This document shows, piece after piece, positions 18,805 through 28,126 of a DNA stretch of 42,115 nt. This stretch comes from Paracoccaceae bacterium (GTDB lineage Bacteria > Pseudomonadota > Alphaproteobacteria > Rhodobacterales > Rhodobacteraceae), in assembly GCA_023254015.1 (NCBI GenBank), contig JALQYS010000093.1, forward strand, positions 1 to 42,115. The letters run 5' to 3'. Both the position numbers and the translations under genes were made by a program. The first letter of the stretch is position 1. Every line of letters begins with the position of its first letter. Below the pieces are notes generated by a model. That model was not told the origin of the DNA. It was given only the letters and a program-made list of their open reading frames with translations, and searched no databases.

Positions 18805-19670
18805 GCGGCCTCCTGTTTCAAGTTGCGCATCGCCTCCTCCAGATCGCTGAACGTCGGTCGCACATGATGGGGGGTGTTCTGGCGTCCAACCTCGATGCAG
18901 ATGTTCGGCGGGTGCCGGTGCAGGTTGGCAATCAAAACCTCGCGGATGAGCTGGTAGAAATGGGCATCTTCTTCCACCACGCTTTTGACCCGACTGGCAA
19001 AGGGCCCCATGATTCCATAGGCGAGGAATACGCCCAGAAAGGTGCCAACCAAGGCTGAGCCGATCATCTGGCCTAGAATTTCGGGCGGCTGGTCAAGCGA
19101 GCCCATGGTCTTGATCACCCCAAGAACCGCCGCGACGATCCCCAGCGCCGGAAGCGCATCAGCCATGGACTGCAGGGCGTGCGAGGAATGCATCGCATGG
19201 CCGAGTGTCGCCTCAAGCCGTTTGTCCACAACCTCCTCAACCTGATGAGGGTCATCGTAATTCATCGATGCGGCACGCAATGTATCGCAAATCAGGTCAA
19301 CTGCCTCGTGATTATGCTGTATTTTCGGGTACTTGCCGAATATATTCGATTCATGGGGGGTTTCGATGTGCTCCTCCAGACCGACGGGATTGGAGCGGGC
19401 AAGCCGGATCAGTTCGAAGAGAAGACACAGAAGATCGCGGTAGTCTGCGGGTTTCCACGTGACACCCTTGAAAACCTTGCCCATGTCCTTGAGCGTATGC
19501 TTGACCGAGGCAAGATCGTTTGACACCAGAAAGGCCCCGACAGCAGCCCCGCCGATCATGATCATCTCGAAAGGTAAGGCGGCCAGGATCGGACCCATCT
19601 TGCCGCCATGAATCGTATAGCCGCCAAAGACCATCACAAGGATGACGACGATACCGATGATGCCGAACAT
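18801..19670 (-). CDS. motA: Flagellar stator protein MotA
   Basis: LARSNPVGLEEHIE, ADALPALGIVAAVLGVIKTM, GSALVGTFLGVFLAYG, RPTFSDLE. Confidence 0.97.
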   Translation of the reverse strand: MFGIIGIVVILVMVFGGYTIHGGKMGPILAALPFEMIMIGGAAVGAFLVSNDLASVKHTLKDMGKVFKGVTWKPADYRDLLCLLFELIRLARSNPVGLEEHIETPHESNIFGKYPKIQHNHEAVDLICDTLRAASMNYDDPHQVEEVVDKRLEATLGHAMHSSHALQSMADALPALGIVAAVLGVIKTMGSLDQPPEILGQMIGSALVGTFLGVFLAYGIMGPFASRVKSVVEEDAHFYQLIREVLIANLHRHPPNICIEVGRQNTPHHVRPTFSDLEEAMRNLKQEAA

Positions 19671-19706
19671 TTGCGGGCCTTTCGTTATTTTGCTGCGGTC
19701 ACCCTG

Positions 19707-19732
19707 TCAGAGACAGGTTAAGGATCTGCCTA
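19707..19732 (-). promoter_or_regulatory. CtrA half-site upstream of motA
   Basis: Minus strand TAGG-CAGATCC-TTAACC; only one good half site (TTAA 19718-19721). Confidence 0.35.
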
Positions 19733-20290
19733 TTCCTTGGGGACGAGCGCATTTCGGCCAGCGATGAGCGCCGAAATCGCATAGGCCTTGTCGGGTGGCA
19801 TGCCCGACAGCACCGCAGCCGCCGAAGCGGGCTGCATGCGCCCCAGGAAACCCGCGGCAAAATCCGGCGCCATGGTCGAAAAAAGCGTCGCCGCATCTGC
19901 CGGCTTCATCGCCTCATAAACGGCCGTCAGGCGGACGAGATCATTTTCAGCTGCTCCATCAGCAAGGGCTAGAACCTCTTTCAGGCTGGCTTCGGCCGTC
20001 GACATCTCCTCAATACGCCGGGCCGCAGCGGCCTCGGCCAGGGAGAGGGCTGCGAGCCGGTCTGACAGGGCGGCCTCCTGCGCGCGAATCTGCGCCTCAC
20101 GCTCGTTCAACGCTTGCAGCAACGCCGGGGGAGGGACGGGGCACTCGGCCGGCGCCACCGTGGGCGTAGCCGCGACATCCGCGTTGGCGTTTGCCATGGC
20201 CTGCCCGACCGCACCCCCCAGCCGCAGGGCACCAGACGAAGCAAGAAACAAGGCGAGAATCACCAGCGTTCCGCGTCCCGGACGTTTCAT
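19730..20290 (-). CDS. motE: MotE family protein (coiled coil plus MgtE_N-like domain)
   Basis: N-terminal anchor, coiled coil LNEREAQIRAQEAAL, LTAVYEAMKPADAA...LGRMQPASAAAVLSGMPPDKA. Confidence 0.8.
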   Translation of the reverse strand: MKRPGRGTLVILALFLASSGALRLGGAVGQAMANANADVAATPTVAPAECPVPPPALLQALNEREAQIRAQEAALSDRLAALSLAEAAAARRIEEMSTAEASLKEVLALADGAAENDLVRLTAVYEAMKPADAATLFSTMAPDFAAGFLGRMQPASAAAVLSGMPPDKAYAISALIAGRNALVPKE

Positions 20291-20670
20291 TCCACCGCCT
20301 CCAGATCGGTGCGGCTTGACCTGCGCCGCACGAAGCGCAGTTTGCGTTCATCGACGGCAGATTCGGATGAAGGGGGCTCGGTCGGGGCTGGCAAGTCATG
20401 CATGGCGGCAACCAAAAGCTCCAGCCGACCGGCGACAGTCTCGGCCCGTTCGGTCAAGGCCTCCAGACTGCTGGCAGAGCCATTTGCCGCGCCGCGGGCC
20501 TTCTCAAGTGCACGGGTCATGTCATCGACCTGTGCGGACAGAACCGCAATCGCCCCCCCCATCCCGCTTTCCAGCGTAGTGAATTTCTTCAGCCGTCCGG
20601 CCAGAACATAGCAGTAAAGCCCCGCTCCGAACGCTCCGGCTGTCATCAGTACATCTGCTATCAGCTCCAT
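20287..20670 (-). CDS. Bitopic coiled-coil membrane protein (PflI/DUF6468-like)
   Basis: N-terminal TM helix ending YCYVLAGRLKKF, then a coiled coil; sits between fliL and motE with ATGA overlap. Confidence 0.7.
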   Translation of the reverse strand: MELIADVLMTAGAFGAGLYCYVLAGRLKKFTTLESGMGGAIAVLSAQVDDMTRALEKARGAANGSASSLEALTERAETVAGRLELLVAAMHDLPAPTEPPSSESAVDERKLRFVRRRSSRTDLEAVE

Positions 20671-20682
20671 ATCCGTCGCCTT

Positions 20683-21168
20683 TCAGTTCAAAACGAATTC
20701 GGTAACCAATAGGTCGCGGACACGGCCTTCTCCGGTTACAATCTGGATTCTTCGCAGAAGATGCGAACGAATGCGGATCAACGCCGCAGGATCTTCCAGC
20801 TGTTTGACATCAATTGCACGAAGATATCCGTTCAGGACATCAACGATCCGCGGCAGCAGCAATTGCACGTCCGCGGCATGCGGCGCTTCGACTTCGATCT
20901 GCGAGGCAAAGCGCAGGTGTCGCACAGACTGACCGCTGCCCAGCGTAATGACCAAGGGATCAACCGGCACGAAGGCAATATCAGGCAGGGCACCGACCGG
21001 GTGTTCTGCCTGCTCGGTCGACTCTGCCGCGGGCGCCAGAATCAACCCCGACCAGGTTGCATAAAACCCGCCTCCTCCCAGCAGAAGAGCAAGAAGAAGG
21101 CCGAGAATCATCGGCTTTTTGGATCTTTTTCGGGGGGCCGCATCCTGCGGCTCTTCGGCATCTGCCAA
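20683..21168 (-). CDS. fliL: Flagellar basal body-associated FliL-family protein (copy 2)
   Basis: TTG start with GGAG SD; KKPMILGLLLALLLGGGGFY TM, FVPVDPLVITL, PRIVDVLNGYLR, VRDLLVTEFVLN. Confidence 0.88.
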   Translation of the reverse strand: MADAEEPQDAAPRKRSKKPMILGLLLALLLGGGGFYATWSGLILAPAAESTEQAEHPVGALPDIAFVPVDPLVITLGSGQSVRHLRFASQIEVEAPHAADVQLLLPRIVDVLNGYLRAIDVKQLEDPAALIRIRSHLLRRIQIVTGEGRVRDLLVTEFVLN

Positions 21169-21224
21169 GGCTTTGCTCCGCGTCGAAGGAATCGTCGTCG
21201 GGAACAGAAATAGATCAAAGGTCA

Positions 21225-21239
21225 CTAACCGATTGTTAA
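21225..21239. promoter_or_regulatory. CtrA-binding-site-like motif in divergent fliL/fliF region
   Basis: CTAA-CCGATTG-TTAA (1 mismatch); -10-like hexamers about 12 nt away on both strands. Confidence 0.7.
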
Positions 21240-21294
21240 GGCCCCTTCGGCAAAGCTGGCGCTCGGGACAGAAGTCCGCAAAGGAAGGTGGCGC

Positions 21295-22914
21295 GTGCAG
21301 AACCTGATTTCTATCTGGAAGGCCCTTGATGCCAAACGGCGGGCCATCGTGGCAGGGGCGACTGTTGCTGTCTTTGTTGCGATTCTTGCCATCGCACAGT
21401 TCGCGGGCAAGCCCGGCATGGCGTTGCTTTACGCGGGCCTGCAGGGGGCAGCAGCGGGCGATGTGGTTGCGGCGCTGGAACAGGAGGGCGTTGCCTTCGA
21501 GGTTCGGGGTGATTCGATCTATGTCGACAGCACGCGTCGAGACAGCCTGCGGATGGTGCTGGCCGCTCAAGGGCTGCCCGCGAATTCCGGGACCGGATAC
21601 GAACTTCTTGACGGGCTGTCTGGCTTTGGCACGACCTCGCAGATGTTCGACGCAGCCTATTGGCGGGCCAAGGAGGGCGAGCTTGCGCGCACCATTCTGG
21701 CCAATCCACAAATCCGCACCGCCAGGGTCCACATTGCCCAGGCCCCGTCAAAGCCCTTCCAGTCAGACCAGAAGGCAAAGGCTTCGGTCAGCGTCACAAC
21801 GGCCGGCGGAGGGCTGACGGCAGATCAGGCCCGTGCGTTGCGGCATCTGGTGGCGGCCGCAGTGCCCGGAATGGTGGTCGCCGATGTGGCCGTGATCGAC
21901 GCTGTTGCAGGGCTTTTGCCAGGTGAAGAGGACGGTCAACGCCCGACAGCCGCGGGGGAGGCGCGCGCCGCCGAACTGCGCCGCAATGTCGAACGTCTGA
22001 TCGAGGCGCGTGTCGGGCCCGGCAATGCCGTGGTTGAGGTCGCGGTGGAGGTTGAGACCGACCGCGAGGCCATCACCGAAAGGACATTTGACCCACAAGG
22101 CAGGGTGGCGATCTCGCAAGAAACCGAGAGCCGCAGTGGCACGGCCACAGAACCGGGGGGGCAGGTGACGGTAGCCTCCAACCTGCCCGAGGGCGACGCT
22201 GCTAGCGGGGGGAACGGCAAGAGCGAAAACAGCGAGAGCCGCGAGCGTGTAAACTTCGAAGTGTCCGAAACTCAGCGCGAGATCCTGCGCAGCCCGGGTG
22301 CTGTGAAAAAGATCTCGGTGGCGGTCCTTGTCGACGGCGTTCCGGTGACTGCCGCAGATGGCACCCAGTCGGTGGAGCCTCGCGGTGAGGCCGAGCTTGC
22401 CGTCCTGCGAGAGCTTGTCGCCTCGGCGGTCGGCCTTGATGAGGCGCGGGGAGATGTGCTGACGATCAAATCACTGATCTTCGAACCCGATCCTGCCGCA
22501 GGCGAGATCGTGGAAGCCGGCCTTTTCGCAGGCTTTGGCCCGATCGACCTCATGTCATTGATTCAGCTGGCTGTTCTGGCGCTGGTCGCTTTGGTTCTTG
22601 GCCTTTTCGTCATCCGCCCGGTGCTCACGTCACAAGCCCGCGCGCGCCTTGAGGCAGATGCGATGCCCCTGGCGCTTCCCGGCGGTGGGGCCATCAGCCT
22701 GCCCGCGTCTGGCCTTGAAGCCCCGGGCGACAGGCCCATGGAGATTCTTACCGGCGAGATCGAGGACAGCCCGGCTTTCGGCATGGCCGCCCTGACTGAC
22801 GTCGATCAGCCGACCGATCCGGTCGCACGACTGCGCCGGTTGATCGAAGAGCGGCAGGCCGAATCGGTCGAGATCCTGCGTGGCTGGATGGAACAGGATG
22901 AGGAACGCGCTTGA
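21295..22914 (+). CDS. fliF: Flagellar MS-ring protein FliF
   Basis: Two TM segments, GYELLD, FGTTSQMF, RAKEGELARTI, ARVHIA, NFEVS, ISVAVLVDG, ARGDVL. Confidence 0.96.
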   Translation: MQNLISIWKALDAKRRAIVAGATVAVFVAILAIAQFAGKPGMALLYAGLQGAAAGDVVAALEQEGVAFEVRGDSIYVDSTRRDSLRMVLAAQGLPANSGTGYELLDGLSGFGTTSQMFDAAYWRAKEGELARTILANPQIRTARVHIAQAPSKPFQSDQKAKASVSVTTAGGGLTADQARALRHLVAAAVPGMVVADVAVIDAVAGLLPGEEDGQRPTAAGEARAAELRRNVERLIEARVGPGNAVVEVAVEVETDREAITERTFDPQGRVAISQETESRSGTATEPGGQVTVASNLPEGDAASGGNGKSENSESRERVNFEVSETQREILRSPGAVKKISVAVLVDGVPVTAADGTQSVEPRGEAELAVLRELVASAVGLDEARGDVLTIKSLIFEPDPAAGEIVEAGLFAGFGPIDLMSLIQLAVLALVALVLGLFVIRPVLTSQARARLEADAMPLALPGGGAISLPASGLEAPGDRPMEILTGEIEDSPAFGMAALTDVDQPTDPVARLRRLIEERQAESVEILRGWMEQDEERA

Positions 22915-23501
22915 TGGTGCTGCGCCTTGAAGTCTTTGAAAGCGGCGAAGCCGGAACCGCACCGGATACGGTTGTTCTGGACACCTCGGTTCTTGAGGAA
23001 GCGCGGTTGCAGGCCTACGATGCCGGGTATTCTGCGGGCTGGGAGGACGCAACAGCCGCGCAAAGTTCAGATCAGTTGCAAATCCGGGCAAATCTGGCCC
23101 GCAACCTCCAAGGTCTTTCCTTTACCTTTCAAGAGGCACGCAGCCACATCCTTCGCTCTTTGCAGCCGCTGCTTGAAGAATTGGCAGGGAAACTCCTGCC
23201 CGAGCTCGCCCGTGAAACTCTGGGTGGGATCGTTCTGGACAGGCTGATGCCCATGGCCGACAGCCTTGCCGACGCGCCGATCACGCTGGTGTTGAATCCG
23301 GCCTCCCGCGCGGCAGTAGAACCCCTGATTGCCGAGGCGACAGGCCTGCCTTTGTCCATCGAAGAGGAACCCTCACTTGGCGAAGGGCAGGTTTATCTGC
23401 GCTTCGGCACGAACGAAACCTTGGTCGATCTTGACCGCGTCACCATGGAAATCGCGATGGCGGTACGCGGTTTCTTCGACCCCAGCCGAAAGGAAACATG
23501 A
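22914..23501 (+). CDS. fliH: Flagellar assembly protein FliH-like
   Basis: N-terminal LEVF, AxxxGxxxG repeat AYDAGYSAGWEDA; located between fliF and fliN. Confidence 0.8.
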   Translation: MVLRLEVFESGEAGTAPDTVVLDTSVLEEARLQAYDAGYSAGWEDATAAQSSDQLQIRANLARNLQGLSFTFQEARSHILRSLQPLLEELAGKLLPELARETLGGIVLDRLMPMADSLADAPITLVLNPASRAAVEPLIAEATGLPLSIEEEPSLGEGQVYLRFGTNETLVDLDRVTMEIAMAVRGFFDPSRKET

Positions 23502-23502
23502 C

Positions 23503-23775
23503 ATGGAAGACCACTCCACCGAGGGCAATCCCTTTGCTCAGGTGCCCATCGAAGTGACAATCTCGGTCGGAAAGGCCCGCCCTCTGGTGCGCGATCTGTT
23601 GCGTCTTGGCCGCGATGCCATCCTGCCATTGGACCGCCGTGTCGATGATCCGGTCGAGCTTTATGTCGGCGACCGACTGATTGCGCGCGGCGAGCTGCAG
23701 GAATTGGACGGCGATCAGGCAGGGCAGCTTGCGGTGCGGCTTACCGAGGTTGCAAATCTGCGGGGCGGATTGTGA
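23503..23775 (+). CDS. fliN: Flagellar motor switch protein FliN (SpoA domain)
   Basis: VPIEVTISVG...LDRRVDDPVELYVGDRLIARGEL...LAVRLTEV; 90 aa from ATG 23503. Confidence 0.92.
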   Translation: MEDHSTEGNPFAQVPIEVTISVGKARPLVRDLLRLGRDAILPLDRRVDDPVELYVGDRLIARGELQELDGDQAGQLAVRLTEVANLRGGL

Positions 23776-24521
23776 CAGCTCGGGTCTTGATCGGACGGGG
23801 TTGCGGCTTGGGCCTCTTTGCGCTTGCCATGATGCTGGCGCTTGTGGAGCCAGTCAGCGCACAGGAGCTCTCCATCGACTTCGGGGACGGAACGTCACTC
23901 GCAACGCGCTCGATCCAGCTTCTCCTTCTGATCACCATCCTGTCGATCGTGCCGGGCCTTGCGGTGATGCTGACCTGCTTTCCCTTCATTGTCACGGTCC
24001 TTTCGATCCTGCGGCAGGCCATCGGCCTGCAGCAATCTCCGCCCAACATGCTGATCATCAGTCTTGCGCTGTTTCTGACGTGGTTCGTGATGGACCCTGT
24101 TCTGACAGAGGCCTGGATCAAGGGTGTCGAGCCCCTTTCAAACGGGACGATCGACATCCAGACCGCCATCCCGCTGATTCTTCAACCTTTTCGTGTATTC
24201 ATGACAGCTCGGTTGGACCCCGACACATTTGCTGCCTTGCAGGCCCTCCGCCCCGAACCAACAACGGCGCTGGCTGATGCGCCACTTTCCACTCTGGTGC
24301 CGTCCTTCATCCTATCGGAAATCCAGCGCGCTTTCGAAATCGGCTTTCTGGTTTTTCTGCCGTTTCTCATCATCGATCTCGTTGTCGCAGCCGTTCTCAT
24401 GTCTATGGGGATGATGATGGTGCCCCCTGCAGTGGTGGCACTGCCCTTCAAACTGGCCTTTTTTGTGGTCGCGGATGGATGGACGCTGATCTCAGAGGCG
24501 CTTGTCAGAAGCTACTTCTGA
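23772..24521 (+). CDS. fliP: Flagellar export pore protein FliP
   Basis: LRQAIGLQQSPPN, LVPSFILSEI, FLPFLIIDLVVA, MGMMMVPP, LPFKLAFFVVADGW. Confidence 0.97.
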   Translation: MTARVLIGRGCGLGLFALAMMLALVEPVSAQELSIDFGDGTSLATRSIQLLLLITILSIVPGLAVMLTCFPFIVTVLSILRQAIGLQQSPPNMLIISLALFLTWFVMDPVLTEAWIKGVEPLSNGTIDIQTAIPLILQPFRVFMTARLDPDTFAALQALRPEPTTALADAPLSTLVPSFILSEIQRAFEIGFLVFLPFLIIDLVVAAVLMSMGMMMVPPAVVALPFKLAFFVVADGWTLISEALVRSYF

Positions 24522-24525
24522 CGTT

Positions 24526-24548
24526 CGGGCAGGGCAAAGCCCTGCCCG
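24526..24548. terminator. Bidirectional hairpin between convergent fliP and flgI
   Basis: Perfect CGGGCAGGGC-AAA-GCCCTGCCCG inverted repeat. Confidence 0.65.
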
Positions 24549-24554
24549 TTGACA

Positions 24555-25652
24555 TCAGTTCACCACAAACTCCGCATGTAGCGCGCCCGCAGCATTTATG
24601 CTTTTCAGAATGTTGATCATGTCATGCGGCGCGACGCCCAGCGCGTTCAAACCCGCGACCACCTCTGAGAGGCTTGTGGATCCGCTTACCTCCGCCAGAC
24701 CGGTTCCAGGCTCGGCCTGCATGTCGATCGAAGTTTGCGGCACAACGATGGTTTCACCTTCGGCGAAGGGGTTGGGCTGTACGACCATGGCGCTCTCCTC
24801 CACCCGCAAGGTCAGATTGCCCTGTGCCACGGCCACCCGGCTGATGCGCACATCCTGCCCCATCACAATCGTCCCGGAACGCTGATCGACCACGACGCGA
24901 GCTCGGGTTTCCGGCTCGACAGCAATATTCTCGACCCGGCTCAGAACATGGGCGGGCGAGCCATTTTGAATGCGCTGCAGATCCAACAGCACCGTGCCTG
25001 CATCCAGCATCCGCGCCGCCCCCCGCCCGAGGTCAGCGTTGATAGCTCCCTCGATCCGTGCTGCCGTGGTGAAATCGGGGCTGCGCAGGGCAAGCCGCAG
25101 ATCATCAAGCGCGGTGAAATCGAATTCCACCTCACGCTCGACATAGGCGCCTGCAGGGATGGTCCCCGCTGTCGGAACGCCTTGAACAACCCTTGCGGCT
25201 TCACCTGCGGCCGACATGCCACCAGCGATGATGGTCCCCTGGGCCACAGCATAGATCTGGCCATCCGCGCCATTCAGTGGCGTCATGACAAGCGTGCCAC
25301 CAAGCAGGCTTTTTGCATCGCCAATCGCCGAAACGGTCACGTCGATGCGGCCACCGGCCCGGGCAAAGGGCGGCAAGTTGGCGGTCACGAAAACCGCGGC
25401 GACATTCTTTGGCCGGAATTCTTCTCCGGTGATGTTCACGCCAAGCCGCTCAAGCAGGTTTGACATGATCTCTTCCGTGAATGGCGCATTCCGAATCCCA
25501 TCGCCGGTGCCGTTCAAGCCGACAACAAGGCCATAACCCACCAGGTCATTGCCTCGAACACCATCAAACTCGACCAGATCCTTGATGCGGACAGGCCCTG
25601 CCTGTGCAACGGCCGGTGCAAGGCATAACACCAGAATCAAAGGCTTAAGCAT
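24555..25652 (-). CDS. flgI: Flagellar P-ring protein FlgI
   Basis: RIKDL, GVRGNDLVGYGLVVGLNGTGD, GDAKSLLGGTL, PDFTTA, AAGALHAE. Confidence 0.97.
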   Translation of the reverse strand: MLKPLILVLCLAPAVAQAGPVRIKDLVEFDGVRGNDLVGYGLVVGLNGTGDGIRNAPFTEEIMSNLLERLGVNITGEEFRPKNVAAVFVTANLPPFARAGGRIDVTVSAIGDAKSLLGGTLVMTPLNGADGQIYAVAQGTIIAGGMSAAGEAARVVQGVPTAGTIPAGAYVEREVEFDFTALDDLRLALRSPDFTTAARIEGAINADLGRGAARMLDAGTVLLDLQRIQNGSPAHVLSRVENIAVEPETRARVVVDQRSGTIVMGQDVRISRVAVAQGNLTLRVEESAMVVQPNPFAEGETIVVPQTSIDMQAEPGTGLAEVSGSTSLSEVVAGLNALGVAPHDMINILKSINAAGALHAEFVVN

Positions 25653-26659
25653 CAGAGGTAATCCGCAAGGCTTAGGCGCGAAATCCGCGCGGTGAGGGTG
25701 TAGATCAGTTGCAGCTGGGTTTCGGCATCCTGTAGGCGGGTCGCCGTTTCGTAGGGATCAATCTCAACCATTCCGGTCCGGGCCATGCCAAGGCCTGCCG
25801 CTTCGCTTTCGTTTCGGGTTTGCGCCGTATCGATCTGGGCCTGGGCCCGGCCAAGCCGGGCGGCCAGATAGGCGCGGTCGGTTTCGCCCGCCAACAAGAC
25901 CTCCCCGGCGCGTTGGGCAAGATCTCTCTGCAAATCAGCCTGCCCCGGAAAAATTCCCCGGTCGATCAAGGACGCCATCGCCAGCCCCTTCAGGGTCTGA
26001 CGCAACGCCGGGTCATTTGCCGTCACATCAAGGGCCACGCTCTCGCCAACGGCAACCGGAACAGGCACCAGATTCCCGCCGCCCAGATACATCGTCTCCT
26101 GGTAGCCGCCCGGGGCAGAGAACCAGCTGTCAACTGCGGCCTCGACCGAGGCGACATCCGTCGCGCCGGCGGCCGTGATGGCGGTTTCCAACGCCACCAT
26201 TAGCGTTTCGGTCGAAGCCACAGCCGACCCGTTTGTGTTCATTCCGGCAAAAAGGGTTCTGTCGCCAAACCGGGTATTGAGCGTCGAGATTGTCGACTGC
26301 AACGCGGCATGCGCCGTGGAAGCCGCCGTCTTTACATGGGTCGTGGCAGCTGTTCCCGACGATGCAATCAGCCCATTTGCCGCCTCAAGCGTCATACTGG
26401 AGATCGTGGCAAGCCCGGTCTGCATCGCTTCGGTGAAAAGTGCCAGCTCACGGGTCACTGCTCCATAGCCGCCAAGACGGGCAAGGCTGGCATCAATTGC
26501 CAGAAGCGGCCCCATGTCACCCGACAGATGCCTGGGCGTGTCCGCCGCTTTGCCCTCGGTCAATTCGGTCGACAGACGCATGATGTCCGACTTCGCCCGT
26601 GAGGTGTGCTGTCGCAGAATGTTTGATTGCGCAAGGTCGCCGAAGCCGATCAAGGACAT
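25652..26659 (-). CDS. flgL: Hook-filament junction protein FlgL (flagellin-like termini)
   Basis: ELTEGK, LNTRFGDRTLFAG, IDPYETATRL...ARISRLSLADYL; downstream of flgK. Confidence 0.88.
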   Translation of the reverse strand: MSLIGFGDLAQSNILRQHTSRAKSDIMRLSTELTEGKAADTPRHLSGDMGPLLAIDASLARLGGYGAVTRELALFTEAMQTGLATISSMTLEAANGLIASSGTAATTHVKTAASTAHAALQSTISTLNTRFGDRTLFAGMNTNGSAVASTETLMVALETAITAAGATDVASVEAAVDSWFSAPGGYQETMYLGGGNLVPVPVAVGESVALDVTANDPALRQTLKGLAMASLIDRGIFPGQADLQRDLAQRAGEVLLAGETDRAYLAARLGRAQAQIDTAQTRNESEAAGLGMARTGMVEIDPYETATRLQDAETQLQLIYTLTARISRLSLADYL

Positions 26660-26662
26660 GGT

Positions 26663-28120
26663 CTACATCCCAAGCAAGGTATCAATCATCTCGCCAATGG
26701 TCTGGATAACCTTGGCGTTCGCGGTGTAGGCCTGTTCGACAAGAAGAAGCGACTGCATCTCCTGATCTGTATCGACCCCGCCGGCGAGTTCGATCTGGAC
26801 CAGCGCATCGGTTCGGGCGGCGGCATAGCTTGTTTCGCTCTCTGCCGTCAGCCGGCCAGACACCATGGCTGACAGCATGTCACCTTGAAGAGCAGAAAAG
26901 CTGCGGGCGGCGGCCATGAACTGACCCGAGGCAGGCACCCGCGCCGCAGTGAGCGCACCTTGCAGGGATATCAGACCAGCCGCGTTGCCTGAAGGTCCGG
27001 GCGTCAGGGCCTGCATCCCATCGCGCAGCCGCCAAAGTGCCCCGCCCTGGCGTGGGTCGGCGGCTGCGTTCATTTGCAATCTTTGCGCCAGACCCACCTC
27101 ATTGGCGGGCAGAAAGGCTCCGCCATCATCGGTGAAAAGGCCGGGCTGCCCGACGGACAGCGTGGGGTCGACAGCCGGATCGGCAAAACGTTCCACCAGA
27201 TCGCGGGCAAGCGCATCAAGCTTGGCCTGTGCCTCGGGTGCAAGACTGTCGCGCACCGTGAAATGCGCGGACAGCGTTCCGCCTGCAATCGGGCTGCCTG
27301 CCCCCGAAGAGGAAACCGGCCTTCCGTTCAACATCAGGCCAGAGAGACTGCCCGCCCCTATCGACATCTCGGGCATGATTATGCCAGCAGGATCAAAACC
27401 GAACACCGCAGGCTGACCGTCAAGCAGCGCAGCGCCCCCGCTTGTGTAAAGGGCGATTTGGCCATCATCTTTGGCGATTTCACGCAAGGGCACGATTTTT
27501 GCGATGCTGTCGATCAGGCTTTGGCGCTGGTCGATCAACGCCGACGGGTCACGTGTTCCGGCGTAGCTGGCCCGGATGTGACTGTTAAGTTCCGAAATCT
27601 GCACGAGCGTTCGGTTCAGATTGTCGACGTCGGCTTCGATGCGGTCATCGGCATCGGCGCGCGCGGTTTGTACCGCTTGCGCGGCGCTTCCGATCTGACT
27701 TGCCAGATTGCGTGCCGTCTCCATCACGCGGGCAAGCCTTGCTTCGGACTCGGGCAGAGAAGTGGCCTCCATCAGCGCCGCATCGAATTCGGCAATGCGC
27801 CCACCCAGAGAGACGGCGCTGTCCGTCGTGCCGACCGCCGCCTCAAGCCGCTGCAGAAAGGCCAAAGTCGTCTGTCGTTCACCCTGGGCGGCCTCGGCCC
27901 GGCGGCGGTCGGAAAGGAGGATGGGGTCGACGTGCCGGTGGACGCCCACGATCCTGACACCCTGCCCCGTCAGACCGATGCTGCGCGGCGTGGTGATGAT
28001 CTCGCGGCGCCCGTATCCCTTTGTCGTGGCATTCGCGATGTTGGAAGAGACCAGCTCGGCAGCCTTGGCGGCGGCAGACAGGCCGGAAAGCGCGCTGGAA
28101 AGACTGCCCGAGATGCTCAT
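26663..28120 (-). CDS. flgK: Hook-associated protein FlgK
   Basis: ALSGL...VSSNIANATTKGYGRR, LIDQR, GVDTDQEMQSLLLVEQAYTANAKVIQT. Confidence 0.95.
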   Translation of the reverse strand: MSISGSLSSALSGLSAAAKAAELVSSNIANATTKGYGRREIITTPRSIGLTGQGVRIVGVHRHVDPILLSDRRRAEAAQGERQTTLAFLQRLEAAVGTTDSAVSLGGRIAEFDAALMEATSLPESEARLARVMETARNLASQIGSAAQAVQTARADADDRIEADVDNLNRTLVQISELNSHIRASYAGTRDPSALIDQRQSLIDSIAKIVPLREIAKDDGQIALYTSGGAALLDGQPAVFGFDPAGIIMPEMSIGAGSLSGLMLNGRPVSSSGAGSPIAGGTLSAHFTVRDSLAPEAQAKLDALARDLVERFADPAVDPTLSVGQPGLFTDDGGAFLPANEVGLAQRLQMNAAADPRQGGALWRLRDGMQALTPGPSGNAAGLISLQGALTAARVPASGQFMAAARSFSALQGDMLSAMVSGRLTAESETSYAAARTDALVQIELAGGVDTDQEMQSLLLVEQAYTANAKVIQTIGEMIDTLLGM

Positions 28121-28126
28121 CTCTTA

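Noticed and set aside
20683-21732. 349-aa FliL with a long N-terminus
   Set aside because: The upstream part is antisense to fliF and crosses the CtrA box; TTG 21168 with a GGAG SD gives a normal-sized FliL.
5660-24521. Non-flagellar type III secretion system
   Set aside because: Rod, ring, hook and stator genes are all present and no secretin is seen.
25652-26659. Flagellin (fliC)
   Set aside because: Position after flgK and the LFAG and SLADYL motifs fit FlgL; flagellin terminal signatures are absent.
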